Shown one piece after another: positions 16,965 through 25,514 of a stretch of DNA of 64,000 bases. The stretch covers positions 6,816 through 70,815 of the forward strand of contig CAZRVH010000004.1 of assembly GCA_964603635.1 (NCBI GenBank), written 5' to 3'. Made by a program: the position numbers and the translations under genes. The DNA comes from an uncultured Candidatus Peribacteria bacterium. Lineage in GTDB: Bacteria > Patescibacteriota > Gracilibacteria > Peribacterales > Peribacteraceae. Below the pieces are notes generated by a model. The model was not told the origin of the DNA. It saw nothing but the letters and a program-made list of their open reading frames with translations, and searched no databases. Position 1 is the first letter of the stretch; every line of letters starts with the position of its first letter.

Positions 16965-17636
16965 ATGGAGCCTATCCATCTCGCCATCATCCCGGACGGC
17001 AACCGCCGCTGGGCGAAGGGGAACATGCTGCTGCCGTGGCAGGGCCATGCCCGCGCCATGGAGAACTTCCGCGCCATCACGGAATGGTGTCGCAATGATC
17101 CGCGCATCAATGTCCTTACCATCTGGGGATTTTCCACCGAGAACTGGAAGCGTTCGGATGACGAAGTATCGAAGCTGATGGAGCTCTTCGAGGATTACCT
17201 TGGCAAGGAGCGCTCTGCGTTCGCCGAGCACAAGACGCGTTTCGTCCATTCCGGACGACGCGATCGCATCCCTGCATCGCTCAAGAAACTGATCGAGGAA
17301 GTGGAGGCGGAGACCAGGGATTTCACCGGATTCACGATGCACCTGGCCGTCGATTACGGAGGCAAGGACGAGGTCGTCCGCGCGCTGGCGAAGATGAAAG
17401 GCGAGGAGGTAACGGAAGAGTCGATCCGCGCGCACCTGGACCATCCGGAAGTGCCGGATATCGATTTCATCCTGCGTACGTCCGGCGAGCAACGCACGAG
17501 CAACTTTTTCTTCTGGCAGGCTTGTTACGCGGAGTGGATGTTCGTGACGAAGCACTTCCCGGCGCTGGAGTCGGGGGATATCGAGGCGGCGCTGCGGGAA
17601 TTCAACCGAAGGACCAGGAGGTTCGGGGGAGGGTGA
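16965..17636 (+). CDS. uppS: Undecaprenyl-diphosphate synthase (cis-prenyltransferase)
   Basis: HLAIIPDGNRRWA, FSTENWKR and RTSGEQRTSNFFFWQ are UppS signatures. Confidence 0.9.
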   Translation: MEPIHLAIIPDGNRRWAKGNMLLPWQGHARAMENFRAITEWCRNDPRINVLTIWGFSTENWKRSDDEVSKLMELFEDYLGKERSAFAEHKTRFVHSGRRDRIPASLKKLIEEVEAETRDFTGFTMHLAVDYGGKDEVVRALAKMKGEEVTEESIRAHLDHPEVPDIDFILRTSGEQRTSNFFFWQACYAEWMFVTKHFPALESGDIEAALREFNRRTRRFGGG

Positions 17637-17679
17637 TCCGGGGGTGGGCAAAGGCATTCTTCTGCGGTAATCTTTTCAC

Positions 17680-19014
17680 ATGCAGGAGATCACCTACAAG
17701 TCACCCACGTTCTTCGACGATATCGCCGCCCTTCCGGGGCAGCACGTCCACCTCATCGTGATCGCGACGAAGCCGGACATCATCAAACAGATCCCGCTCT
17801 ACCGGGAACTGAAGAAGCGCGGGCACCAGGTGCTCCTCGGCCATACAGGCCAGCACTACAGTGATAACCTGAGCGGAGGCATGCTCGCCGAGTTCGGCGT
17901 GGAGCCGGATTTCAACCTGAACGTGAAGGGGCAGATGCACGAGGTGGTGAGCCAGATCATCGGGCGCCTCGGGTATGTTCTCGCGGAGCTGAAGGCGAAG
18001 GGGAAGATCGTCATCCCGTACGTCCACGGCGACACGACCACGGCCATGGCGGGGGCGAACGCAGGCTATTGCAACGGATTCGCCTCGGTTCACGTGGAGG
18101 CGGGGATTCGCACGCTGACGCCGAAATACGGGGAGTCGAGAGTGGGGGGTAGGAATACGGAAGAGTTCGATGTTGCCGAGTGGGCGCATTTCCTGAAAAA
18201 CCCCGACAACTGGGAGCGCGGTTCCTTGGAACCGTATCCGGAACAGTTTAACACGCGCGCCGCGGAGGCGGGCACGGGCCTTCATCTCGCGCCGGTTCCG
18301 TTGGTGAAGGAATTCCTCCTCTCGGAAGGCTACCCCGAGGACCGCATCGCCGTCGTCGGCAACTCCGTCGTGGACGCCACCCTTGAGGCCGTTGAAAACG
18401 CCTCTTCCTCCAAGATCTTCGAACAGTATCCCGCGTTGGAAGACGGGGATTTCGTCCGCTTCTGCATTCACCGCCGCGAAAACTGCGCGTCCCGCCTGCG
18501 TTTCATGGCCATCTACGACGCCATGACGTCGCTCGTGAAGGACGGCCGCACGGTGCTGCTCATCTCCCTCTTTCAAACCGAGAGCGCCATCGATAACTTC
18601 GGCCTGCGCTCCGATATCGAGAAGCTTGTGAAGGACTATCCCAACTTCATTTATTCCCCGGTCTGGCCGCTCTACACCGACGTGATCGCCGCCATGCAGA
18701 AGGCATCCGTTTGCGCCACGGACAGCGGTTCCATGCAGGAGGAAATGAACGTGCTCGGCATCCCGTGCGTCACGCTGCGTTTCGGGTCCGACCGCAGCGA
18801 GTCCGCGATGTGCGGGGGCAACCTCATCGCGCCGCCCATCGATGGAAAACTCATCAAGAAGATCATCGAGTTCGCCTGGGACAACGAAGACATGAAGAAA
18901 GCCCCGAAGATCTACGGCGAGAACGTCAGCGCGGCTTGCATCGACGCCGTAGAGGAAGTGCTCGCGGGCGGGGAAGTGTTCCGCACCGAGGAGCAGCGAC
19001 TGGGGATTTCGTGA
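17680..19014 (+). CDS. UDP-N-acetylglucosamine 2-epimerase-family protein (long form)
   Basis: 444 aa. IATKPDIIK ... HTGQHY ... VHGDTTT ... HVEAGIRT ... DSGSMQEE follow the Epimerase_2 pattern with an insertion. Confidence 0.75.
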   Translation: MQEITYKSPTFFDDIAALPGQHVHLIVIATKPDIIKQIPLYRELKKRGHQVLLGHTGQHYSDNLSGGMLAEFGVEPDFNLNVKGQMHEVVSQIIGRLGYVLAELKAKGKIVIPYVHGDTTTAMAGANAGYCNGFASVHVEAGIRTLTPKYGESRVGGRNTEEFDVAEWAHFLKNPDNWERGSLEPYPEQFNTRAAEAGTGLHLAPVPLVKEFLLSEGYPEDRIAVVGNSVVDATLEAVENASSSKIFEQYPALEDGDFVRFCIHRRENCASRLRFMAIYDAMTSLVKDGRTVLLISLFQTESAIDNFGLRSDIEKLVKDYPNFIYSPVWPLYTDVIAAMQKASVCATDSGSMQEEMNVLGIPCVTLRFGSDRSESAMCGGNLIAPPIDGKLIKKIIEFAWDNEDMKKAPKIYGENVSAACIDAVEEVLAGGEVFRTEEQRLGIS

Positions 19015-19022
19015 ATCAGTTA

Positions 19023-19493
19023 TTATCTATCTTTTTTAGTCTTAGCCATTTCTTTCAGAAGAGCAAATTCATTTTCAAGATCGGCTACATCTGCGCCGAG
19101 TTCTTTTGCTTCACGCGTGTAAGCTTCTGCGAAATACAAGGCGTCCCCCAATGCAGTTAGGGTACAATCTCGTTCGCAACAACTTCTCAAGTTTCTCATC
19201 GCTTGCATTGCGGTTTGCTTTTTGGCACTTGGAACAAGTGAGTCAATTTTCGCGCTTAATTCATCTACAACTTCCCCATTTTCCAAAACTGCCTGGACCG
19301 CCCTGCGTGCATCCCTAATGTAATCGTCCGCAGACCATGTGTTTTGAGTCTCTCCCGTTGCGAGTTGTTCCAAAAGTTTCACTTTTTCTTCGGCAACAGA
19401 ACGCAATGAGGCATTGGTCATATCTTTTCGGGAATGAAATACTCTGAAATTATAATAACAATTATTAATAAATTTGTCAATATCAGCCTCCAC
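19023..19493 (-). CDS. Hypothetical helical protein (AT-rich orphan)
   Basis: 156-aa ORF with a GTG start, visibly AT-richer than the flanking glycan genes. No family recognised. Confidence 0.45.
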   Translation of the reverse strand: MEADIDKFINNCYYNFRVFHSRKDMTNASLRSVAEEKVKLLEQLATGETQNTWSADDYIRDARRAVQAVLENGEVVDELSAKIDSLVPSAKKQTAMQAMRNLRSCCERDCTLTALGDALYFAEAYTREAKELGADVADLENEFALLKEMAKTKKDR

Positions 19494-19528
19494 TGATTCT
19501 GGAGGAAAATACTCTAAGATGGCCTCGA

Positions 19529-20935
19529 ATGATTATTTTGCAACATATCAGGGAAAGGATAAGTCTGGCGCTCTTGGCGCTCCTGCCTCTGCACGCGCTC
19601 GCCGTCACCATTCTCACGAAATTCATCGCGGGCCCGGGCCATGCGCCCCTGCCGTATTTGGCTTTTTGGAAAGAGGGGGTCGCGGTCGTTCTCTTGATCG
19701 TTGCCTTCGTCGAGTGGATCCGCGCGAATGGATATAAGCATATCAGTTTCGACTTGCTCGATTCTCTCCTGCTGGCGCTCGGTGTCCTTGCGGTATTGGT
19801 AACGCTCCTCAACGGCGTTTCGTCCAAGGCGGCGTTCGTCCTCGGTCTTAAGTACGATTTCTTCCCGCTCGTCCTGTTCTTCGTCCTGCGAAGGGTTGAT
19901 TGGTCCGAGGCGTTCAAGACGAAGGCGATGGCGACACTCCTCCTCGTCGGCGCGATCGTGTCGCTCTATGGCATCCTCACGTTCTTCCTGCCGGTCGGGT
20001 TCTTCACGTGGCTGGGGTACTCGGACATGCATTCGCTCTTCCTGCCGGACGGCCCCCTCGCGCCGTTCCAGCTCATCGGAGGATCGGCACTGCACCGTAT
20101 TCAGTCGACGATGAGCGGGCCGAATCAGTTGGGGATTTGGTTATTAATACCATTGGCGGTCGTTGTGACGAGGATCGTGAGGGAAAGGGGAAAAGGGAAA
20201 GGGGAAAAGGATTCTTCTCCCATCTCGCTTCTCCCTTCTCCCTTTTTTCTTGTCATCATTCTTATTGCACTTTTCCTGACTTTTTCACGTGCCTCTTGGA
20301 TCGGCGCGTTCGTCCTCCTGACCGTTGGATTTTTGATGCAGCAGTCGCGCTGGGTGCGCCGCAAGGCGTTCTTCTGGGGGCTTCCCGCGGCCTTGCTCGC
20401 AACCGTTCTGGTCGCCGCGATTTTCCCCTCCGTCATTCTTCGTTTGTCCTCCACCCGCGGGCACCTGGAAAAGCCACTCGCCGGCATTCGGGCGATGATC
20501 GACGATCCCTTGGGGCGCGGACTGGGCTCCGCCGGACCCGCGACGAACCGTACGAGCGACGCGTGCGTGGAATTGGAAAAGGGAAGCGACGCCACCTGGG
20601 CGCAGGCGCACCCCGACCTGTGCGTGTTCGTTGGCGGGGAGCAGGTGCAACCTGCAGAACGTGTATGCACCTGCCCGTTCGTGACCGAGAACTGGTACAT
20701 CCAGATCGGCGTGGAACTTGGCATCCTTGGATTCGCGATCTTCGTCGCGTTTATCGTCCTGCTGCTGCGCGCGCTTCGGCGTAACGGGGATTCGCTCGCG
20801 CCGTTCTTAGGCATGCTTGGTATCTCCCTCTGCGCCCTGTTCCTCCATGCATTCGAAGACAGTGCCGTCGCCTATAGCGCATTCCTTTTGGCGGCATTCT
20901 TCTTGCCTGCAAAAAGGGAGGTTTCCCAGCGTTAA
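19529..20935 (+). CDS. O-antigen ligase/polymerase (Wzy_C)-family membrane protein
   Basis: 468 aa with at least 10 hydrophobic helices. FLTFSRASWIGAFVLL is the Wzy_C core. Confidence 0.65.
   Translation: MIILQHIRERISLALLALLPLHALAVTILTKFIAGPGHAPLPYLAFWKEGVAVVLLIVAFVEWIRANGYKHISFDLLDSLLLALGVLAVLVTLLNGVSSKAAFVLGLKYDFFPLVLFFVLRRVDWSEAFKTKAMATLLLVGAIVSLYGILTFFLPVGFFTWLGYSDMHSLFLPDGPLAPFQLIGGSALHRIQSTMSGPNQLGIWLLIPLAVVVTRIVRERGKGKGEKDSSPISLLPSPFFLVIILIALFLTFSRASWIGAFVLLTVGFLMQQSRWVRRKAFFWGLPAALLATVLVAAIFPSVILRLSSTRGHLEKPLAGIRAMIDDPLGRGLGSAGPATNRTSDACVELEKGSDATWAQAHPDLCVFVGGEQVQPAERVCTCPFVTENWYIQIGVELGILGFAIFVAFIVLLLRALRRNGDSLAPFLGMLGISLCALFLHAFEDSAVAYSAFLLAAFFLPAKREVSQR
20181..20248. repeat. G/A-rich palindromic element lying in-frame inside the O-antigen-ligase-like gene
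   Basis: gggaaaggggaaaagggaaaggggaaaagg ... ctcccatctcgcttctcccttctccctttttt. Translated as RERGKGKGEKDSSPISLLPSPFF. Same sequence type as the intergenic element at 2991-3074. Confidence 0.6.
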
Positions 20936-20965
20936 GGTCGAAAAGCAGCTATACTTCGTTCCAAC

Positions 20966-21523
20966 ATGACGCCCGTCCCGTTGCCGGAGGCAGAATTGCA
21001 AACCCTGATCGCCGCGGCGAAGGAAGGGGATACCGACGCGTTCGCGAAACTGTACGACGCTTTTTTCCTGCCGATCTACCGCTATGCGGCGTTCCGCTTG
21101 CCCAAGGAAATCGCCGAGGACGTGACGGCGGATATCTTCGTGAAGGCATGGGAAAAGTTGCACACGTATAAGGCACAGAAGGGCGTGCCCTTTTCCGCGT
21201 GGCTGTTCCGCATCGCGCGCCACAGCGTCATCGATACCTATCGCACCAACCGCGGATTCGAGGAAGTCCCCGAAACCCTGGCCGATACCGATTCCTTCAA
21301 TCGCGCGGAGCATCGCCTGGAGAGAAACAATACCGTGGATGCCGTCCGCAGCGCGCTCAATCAGTTGCCCAAACGCTACCGCGAAATCCTGCTCCTCAGC
21401 TTCGTCAGCGAGCTTCCCCACAGCGAAATCGCGCGCGTGTTGAGGCTGACCGAAGGAGCCGTGCGTATCCTGAAGCTCCGGGCGCTCCGGAAACTCGAAG
21501 TCCTCCTTCCTCCCGACATGTGA
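20966..21523 (+). CDS. ECF-type RNA polymerase sigma factor
   Basis: 185 aa. Region 2 (FAKLYDAFFLPIYRYAAFRL, FSAWLFRIARHSVIDTYR) and region 4 (YREILLLSFVSELPHSEIARVLRLTEGAVRILKLRALRKL). Confidence 0.85.
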   Translation: MTPVPLPEAELQTLIAAAKEGDTDAFAKLYDAFFLPIYRYAAFRLPKEIAEDVTADIFVKAWEKLHTYKAQKGVPFSAWLFRIARHSVIDTYRTNRGFEEVPETLADTDSFNRAEHRLERNNTVDAVRSALNQLPKRYREILLLSFVSELPHSEIARVLRLTEGAVRILKLRALRKLEVLLPPDM

Positions 21524-21666
21524 GCCCTGTTTGTTTTTTATGACAATCTTTTCCCAATATCATTCTTTTCTACGCTGCGATACCTCGGCGAAGTCCTGTC
21601 AAAACAGGACGAAGACGGGTAAATCATGCGTAACAGAAGCCCCCTTTTCTCGTTTTAACTATCCGA

Positions 21667-23628
21667 ATGGACTCCAATAACGCTTTCCGCCGGCTCCGCG
21701 AGGACCTGGAACCCTCTCAAAACGCTCAGAAAGAGCTGAAAGGGCGTGTTATGGCCAGAATCCAGGAGAAGGCAGTCTGGAAGGATCTGCGAGAGTCCCT
21801 GACGCCTGACAATCATGTCCAAACCACGGTTTTCAACCGCATTTTGGATCGCGTGTCCGCCCCCAAGGCACACGATGCCTTCGGCCGCCTGCGCGATGCC
21901 CTCCAGCCCAAGCAGGACATTCGCCACACGATCTGGTCCTATATCGCGACCCGTCTCGTGCCCCAGACGGCCACCGTTATTTCCTATCGCGCCCCCAAGT
22001 GGATCGCCGCGGTGCTGATCGTCGTGGTCGGATTGCGTGCCAGCCCCTTCCTCTTCCTGGCGCCCACCACCATCGCCGAATCAGCCGTCATCATCCTTCC
22101 GACATCCGGCGACGTGAATATCGCGTTGCACGGTTTGTGGCAGCCGGTGAAGGAGGAGACGGAGATCCGCGAAGCGGTGCAGATCCGCACGTTCGAAGGG
22201 GAGGCGACGGTCATCCTGCATGATGACGGAAACATCCGCCTTGCCCCGAACACGACCATCGTCCTGAACGATGTGTCCGATCGCCCGGATATTTCTCCCA
22301 CGGGTTCCACGTTCACGCTTGTGTCCGGTTCCGTGTGGCTCCAGGGTTTGCTGCCGAACACGGTGGAGGGAATCAGCCTCGGAACGCAATTCGGCAACGT
22401 GAACGTGCACGGAGGCAGCGTGTCCGTCACCGCGGGCGATACGGTGTCCGTCAAAGTATGGAACCGCAGCGCATCCGTACGCCAGAAAGACATCGCACTG
22501 AGCCTCGTTGCGGGGGAATCCACCGTCCTGTCCCGCGCCGTGCCTACGGTCCAGGAATTGCCGGCCGTTGCATACGATGATTCCTGGACGAACAAGAACC
22601 TGCGCAAGGATGCCGTCCACCAGCGCGAAATCGCCCAGATGCAGCAGGAGCGCCGCGCCGCCCAGGCGGGAATCTTGCCGAACTCGCCGCTGTACGGCGT
22701 GAAGCGCATCGCGGAGACCGTCGATGTTCTCCTGACGCTGAATCCGGAGGAAAAGGTGCAGAAGAAGATCCAGCAGGCAACGACGCGCTTGAACGAGGCC
22801 ACGGCGCTTATCGCCCAAGGGCAGTCGGGTGCCACCGTACAGCTGCAGGAATACAAGGACACGCTTCTATCCGTCGTGACGGGATCGGGAGGCAGCGTGA
22901 CCAGCGAGATGCTGCAGAAAGAAGTGGCCGCGAACGTCGCGGAAATTTCCGCCGTTCTTCCGGATGATAACCTGTACGCCGTGAAAAAGGCCGTGTTGGA
23001 AACGACGGCCGAACTGCCGGATACCGGCATCGACCAGCAGGACGTAAACGCCACCGTACTCGTCGATACGCTCAACATGCTCCATGATGTCGTGGAGATA
23101 GGAGGCGATACCACGGCCGCGAAGGACGCCCTTGCAGCCATCGCGCCCCAATTGAATACCTTGAACACGAGCGATACGTCCGAATTGAAACCTGAGGCCA
23201 AGAAGGAAGCCCTTTCACTGCTTTCCGATATCGCGGATACCTTGAATGCGAAGGACACCGATGATACGAACGCGGAAGACAATGAGGTAATCCTCGGAAA
23301 CGTCCGCCCGTTCCTGCCCAAATCCGAACCGAAACAGCCGGCAGTGGTGCATCTGACCGACGAGGAAATCGCGCAGATGGTGAAGGGTATCAAGGATCGT
23401 ATCTTCCTCTACAAGCAGCCCCGCTCCCGCTACAGCCAGCTCATCAACGAAATGCAGCGCCTCCAGGGCCATGCGGACGAGGGATCCATCCTCCGCGCCC
23501 TCTACCACGAACTGCCCGAGAACGGGCTGGCGACGTATGTCCGCACGGCTATCCAGGAACTTCGTGAGCGCCAGGAATCGATCGACTTGCACCCGGCGGC
23601 AACGGGCACGGGGGAGGTGGTTGACTAG
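21667..23628 (+). CDS. Membrane-anchored FecR-like / DUF5667-type protein (possible anti-sigma partner)
   Basis: 653 aa. Single TM (KWIAAVLIVVVGL), FecR-like beta region (IRTFEGEATVILHDDGNIRLAPNTTIVLND), then a helical region with LPNSPLYGVKRIAETV typical of DUF5667. Confidence 0.55.
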   Translation: MDSNNAFRRLREDLEPSQNAQKELKGRVMARIQEKAVWKDLRESLTPDNHVQTTVFNRILDRVSAPKAHDAFGRLRDALQPKQDIRHTIWSYIATRLVPQTATVISYRAPKWIAAVLIVVVGLRASPFLFLAPTTIAESAVIILPTSGDVNIALHGLWQPVKEETEIREAVQIRTFEGEATVILHDDGNIRLAPNTTIVLNDVSDRPDISPTGSTFTLVSGSVWLQGLLPNTVEGISLGTQFGNVNVHGGSVSVTAGDTVSVKVWNRSASVRQKDIALSLVAGESTVLSRAVPTVQELPAVAYDDSWTNKNLRKDAVHQREIAQMQQERRAAQAGILPNSPLYGVKRIAETVDVLLTLNPEEKVQKKIQQATTRLNEATALIAQGQSGATVQLQEYKDTLLSVVTGSGGSVTSEMLQKEVAANVAEISAVLPDDNLYAVKKAVLETTAELPDTGIDQQDVNATVLVDTLNMLHDVVEIGGDTTAAKDALAAIAPQLNTLNTSDTSELKPEAKKEALSLLSDIADTLNAKDTDDTNAEDNEVILGNVRPFLPKSEPKQPAVVHLTDEEIAQMVKGIKDRIFLYKQPRSRYSQLINEMQRLQGHADEGSILRALYHELPENGLATYVRTAIQELRERQESIDLHPAATGTGEVVD

Positions 23629-23695
23629 GTTGTAGGTGGTAGGTTGTAGAGGCTTAGATTAGCTGTTTTGCCTATTCTACAACCTACAAGCTACC
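23628..23695. repeat. GGTTGTAGG-type hairpin element (terminator-like)
   Basis: Perfect 12-bp stem gtaggttgtaga (23639-23650) / tctacaacctac (23676-23687). Built from the same units as 53609-53674. Confidence 0.55.
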
Positions 23696-23752
23696 CCCTT
23701 GTCCTGATTGCCCTTTTCATGGCAGTATCCCAGCCTCATTCACCCTCTTCCC

Positions 23753-24313
23753 ATGTACGACATTACCGATCTCAAGCCCGGACGCGCCATCAACATCGAC
23801 GGCGAGCCATTCATCGTCATCAGCTCCCAGTTCGGCCGTAAGAGCCAGAGCAAGGCGAACATGCAGTGCAAGTTGAAGAATCTGAAAACGGGCGCCGTGC
23901 TTGCGAAGAACTTCCAGGGAAGCGAGAAGATCGAGCCTGCGGACGTCGGCTTCCGCCGCGTGCAGTTCCTGTTCAAAAACGGCGATATGTACACGTTCAT
24001 GGATAACGAAACGTTCGATCAGTTCGAATTGAGTTCGGAAACGGTCGGTGATGCCGGTTTGTACCTCGTGGATGGCAACGAACTGGACGCCCTCATGTTC
24101 GAGGATAATCCTATTGGCATCCAGTTGAAGGCGACGGTGGAGTTGAAGGTTGTGGAAACCATTCCCGGCGTGAAGGGGGACACCGCGACCGGCGGCAACA
24201 AGCCGGCGAAACTGGAAAGCGGCCTCGTCGTGAACGTCCCGCTCTTCGTGGACGAAGGCGATGTCGTGAAGGTGAATACGGAAACGGGGCTTTACATGAC
24301 GCGCGTGTCCTGA
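23753..24313 (+). CDS. efp: Elongation factor P
   Basis: ORF track 23708..24313; ATG 23753. INIDGEPFIV, KLKNLKTG, FMDNETFDQ, ETIPGVKGDTATGGNKPAKLESG and VPLFV are EF-P blocks. Confidence 0.9.
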   Translation: MYDITDLKPGRAINIDGEPFIVISSQFGRKSQSKANMQCKLKNLKTGAVLAKNFQGSEKIEPADVGFRRVQFLFKNGDMYTFMDNETFDQFELSSETVGDAGLYLVDGNELDALMFEDNPIGIQLKATVELKVVETIPGVKGDTATGGNKPAKLESGLVVNVPLFVDEGDVVKVNTETGLYMTRVS

Positions 24314-24505
24314 TCATTCGGGATCCTCCGCTCCCACAATCATATGCATAATGCCGGCATTCCACGCCATACGTTCGCGCTTGAGCATTTCCTCTGGCAA
24401 CGAGGGATTGCCGATTTCTTCCAATAGTCGCTCGATCCCTGGCATAGGCGTGGGATTCGGAAAGAATTCGTCAGGATCTTTGAGGTGGGGGATGGGATTT
24501 GTCAT
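24314..24505 (-). CDS. Small hypothetical protein (63 aa)
   Basis: C-terminal part of ORF 24314..24694, starting at ATG 24505 (MTNPIPHLKD). The upstream part of the ORF is the 155-bp repeat and is not counted as coding. Confidence 0.35.
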   Translation of the reverse strand: MTNPIPHLKDPDEFFPNPTPMPGIERLLEEIGNPSLPEEMLKRERMAWNAGIMHMIVGAEDPE

Positions 24506-24553
24506 AGGCCTACTATACCAACATTCATCTTTTCTGCAGGACCATGGGATTGT

Positions 24554-24708
24554 CCCTTTTTGTCCCGTCAAAAAGGGACGGAAAAAGACGGCCCGCGTCC
24601 AAAGCACGCTCCGCCCGCCCCGCGGGCTCCATTTCTCGCTGTCGCGTCGAAATGTTCGCCCACGATGCTGACGCATGCGGGGCTTCCCCTTCACCCTCCG
24701 TGGACGCG
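24554..24708 (+). repeat. 155-bp dispersed repeat, copy 2
   Basis: See 15662-15816. 5' hairpin gtccctttttg/caaaaagggac (24552-24579) and an 8-bp closing helix cgcgtcca (24594-24601) / tggacgcg (24701-24708). Confidence 0.9.
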
Positions 24709-25514
24709 AGTACCTCCGTCCCTGCTCTTAGTACATCGGGGTTTGAAGTTGAATAGTATATAACCGTCCCGAACGAGCGCTCTGCGCGAAGTGGAGGGAC
24801 TCTTTGCGGGAAAGAGAGCTCATGAGAGAAAACCTCGCAGGTTTTCTTTCATGCATGCACAAAAGGGCCACTTGCGTGTCCCTGTTTGTGTTTGTGTTGC
24901 TGTCCGTTCGTGCGACTATCGATACTAAGTATAGTATTGAGCCGCGATTAGTGAGTGAACGGGAGCGAGGGGGAGGTATCCCCGACATCTCTGCCTTACT
25001 CTGGTTTCTTGTTTCTCCTCGGAACCTACCGAAGTCCCCGGACCGGTTCGCCATGAGGATACGAGGATCCAAAGGGAACACTGGGGAGAAGAGGGGTGCG
25101 CAGCGATCATCATACCTCTGATGGATCGTACGTTCCTTGTAGAGCAGAGAGGAGGATGACCACATGTTCACATATCACGTGCCTGTACCCAGAGTAGCAA
25201 GCAAAGCAATGTGTTGGCCGGGAGGAACGAGTGCGAGACCCGTGATCATCCCTCTCTCAACTGTTTGGCGGTGGAAGAAAAAAGAACGAGTGTTTGTTTG
25301 GATGTGTGTTCGACCTGCCATTGGCAAATCACGTCATCTTACGCAGAGGCCCGGTTTCTAGCAACTTGTTGGTCTGTTCAGGTGGGAGAACTGTTGTATG
25401 AATACAATGTGTGTTCATCCAGAGGTCCTGAATTACCAATTCAGAGTGTCTTTTACACGTATTGACTAAAATATGTATTCAGCAGGAATACATCATTTCT
25501 ACGTTTAGTTTCCT
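24709..25514. other. ORF-poor, hairpin-rich 0.8-kb gap (candidate structured RNA or decayed DNA)
   Basis: No convincing ORF in any frame and lower GC by eye. 14-bp hairpin at 24822-24852 and a bulged hairpin at 25104-25128. Confidence 0.3.

Noticed and set aside
24709-25514. RNase P RNA, tmRNA, SRP RNA or an rRNA fragment in the ORF-free gap.
   Set aside because: I could not find GGAAAGTCCGG / ACAGAA..GGCTTA (RNase P), a tRNA-Ala-like acceptor/T-arm with a tag ORF (tmRNA), or the SRP GGAA/AGCA tetraloop helix on either strand. The region stays unclassified.
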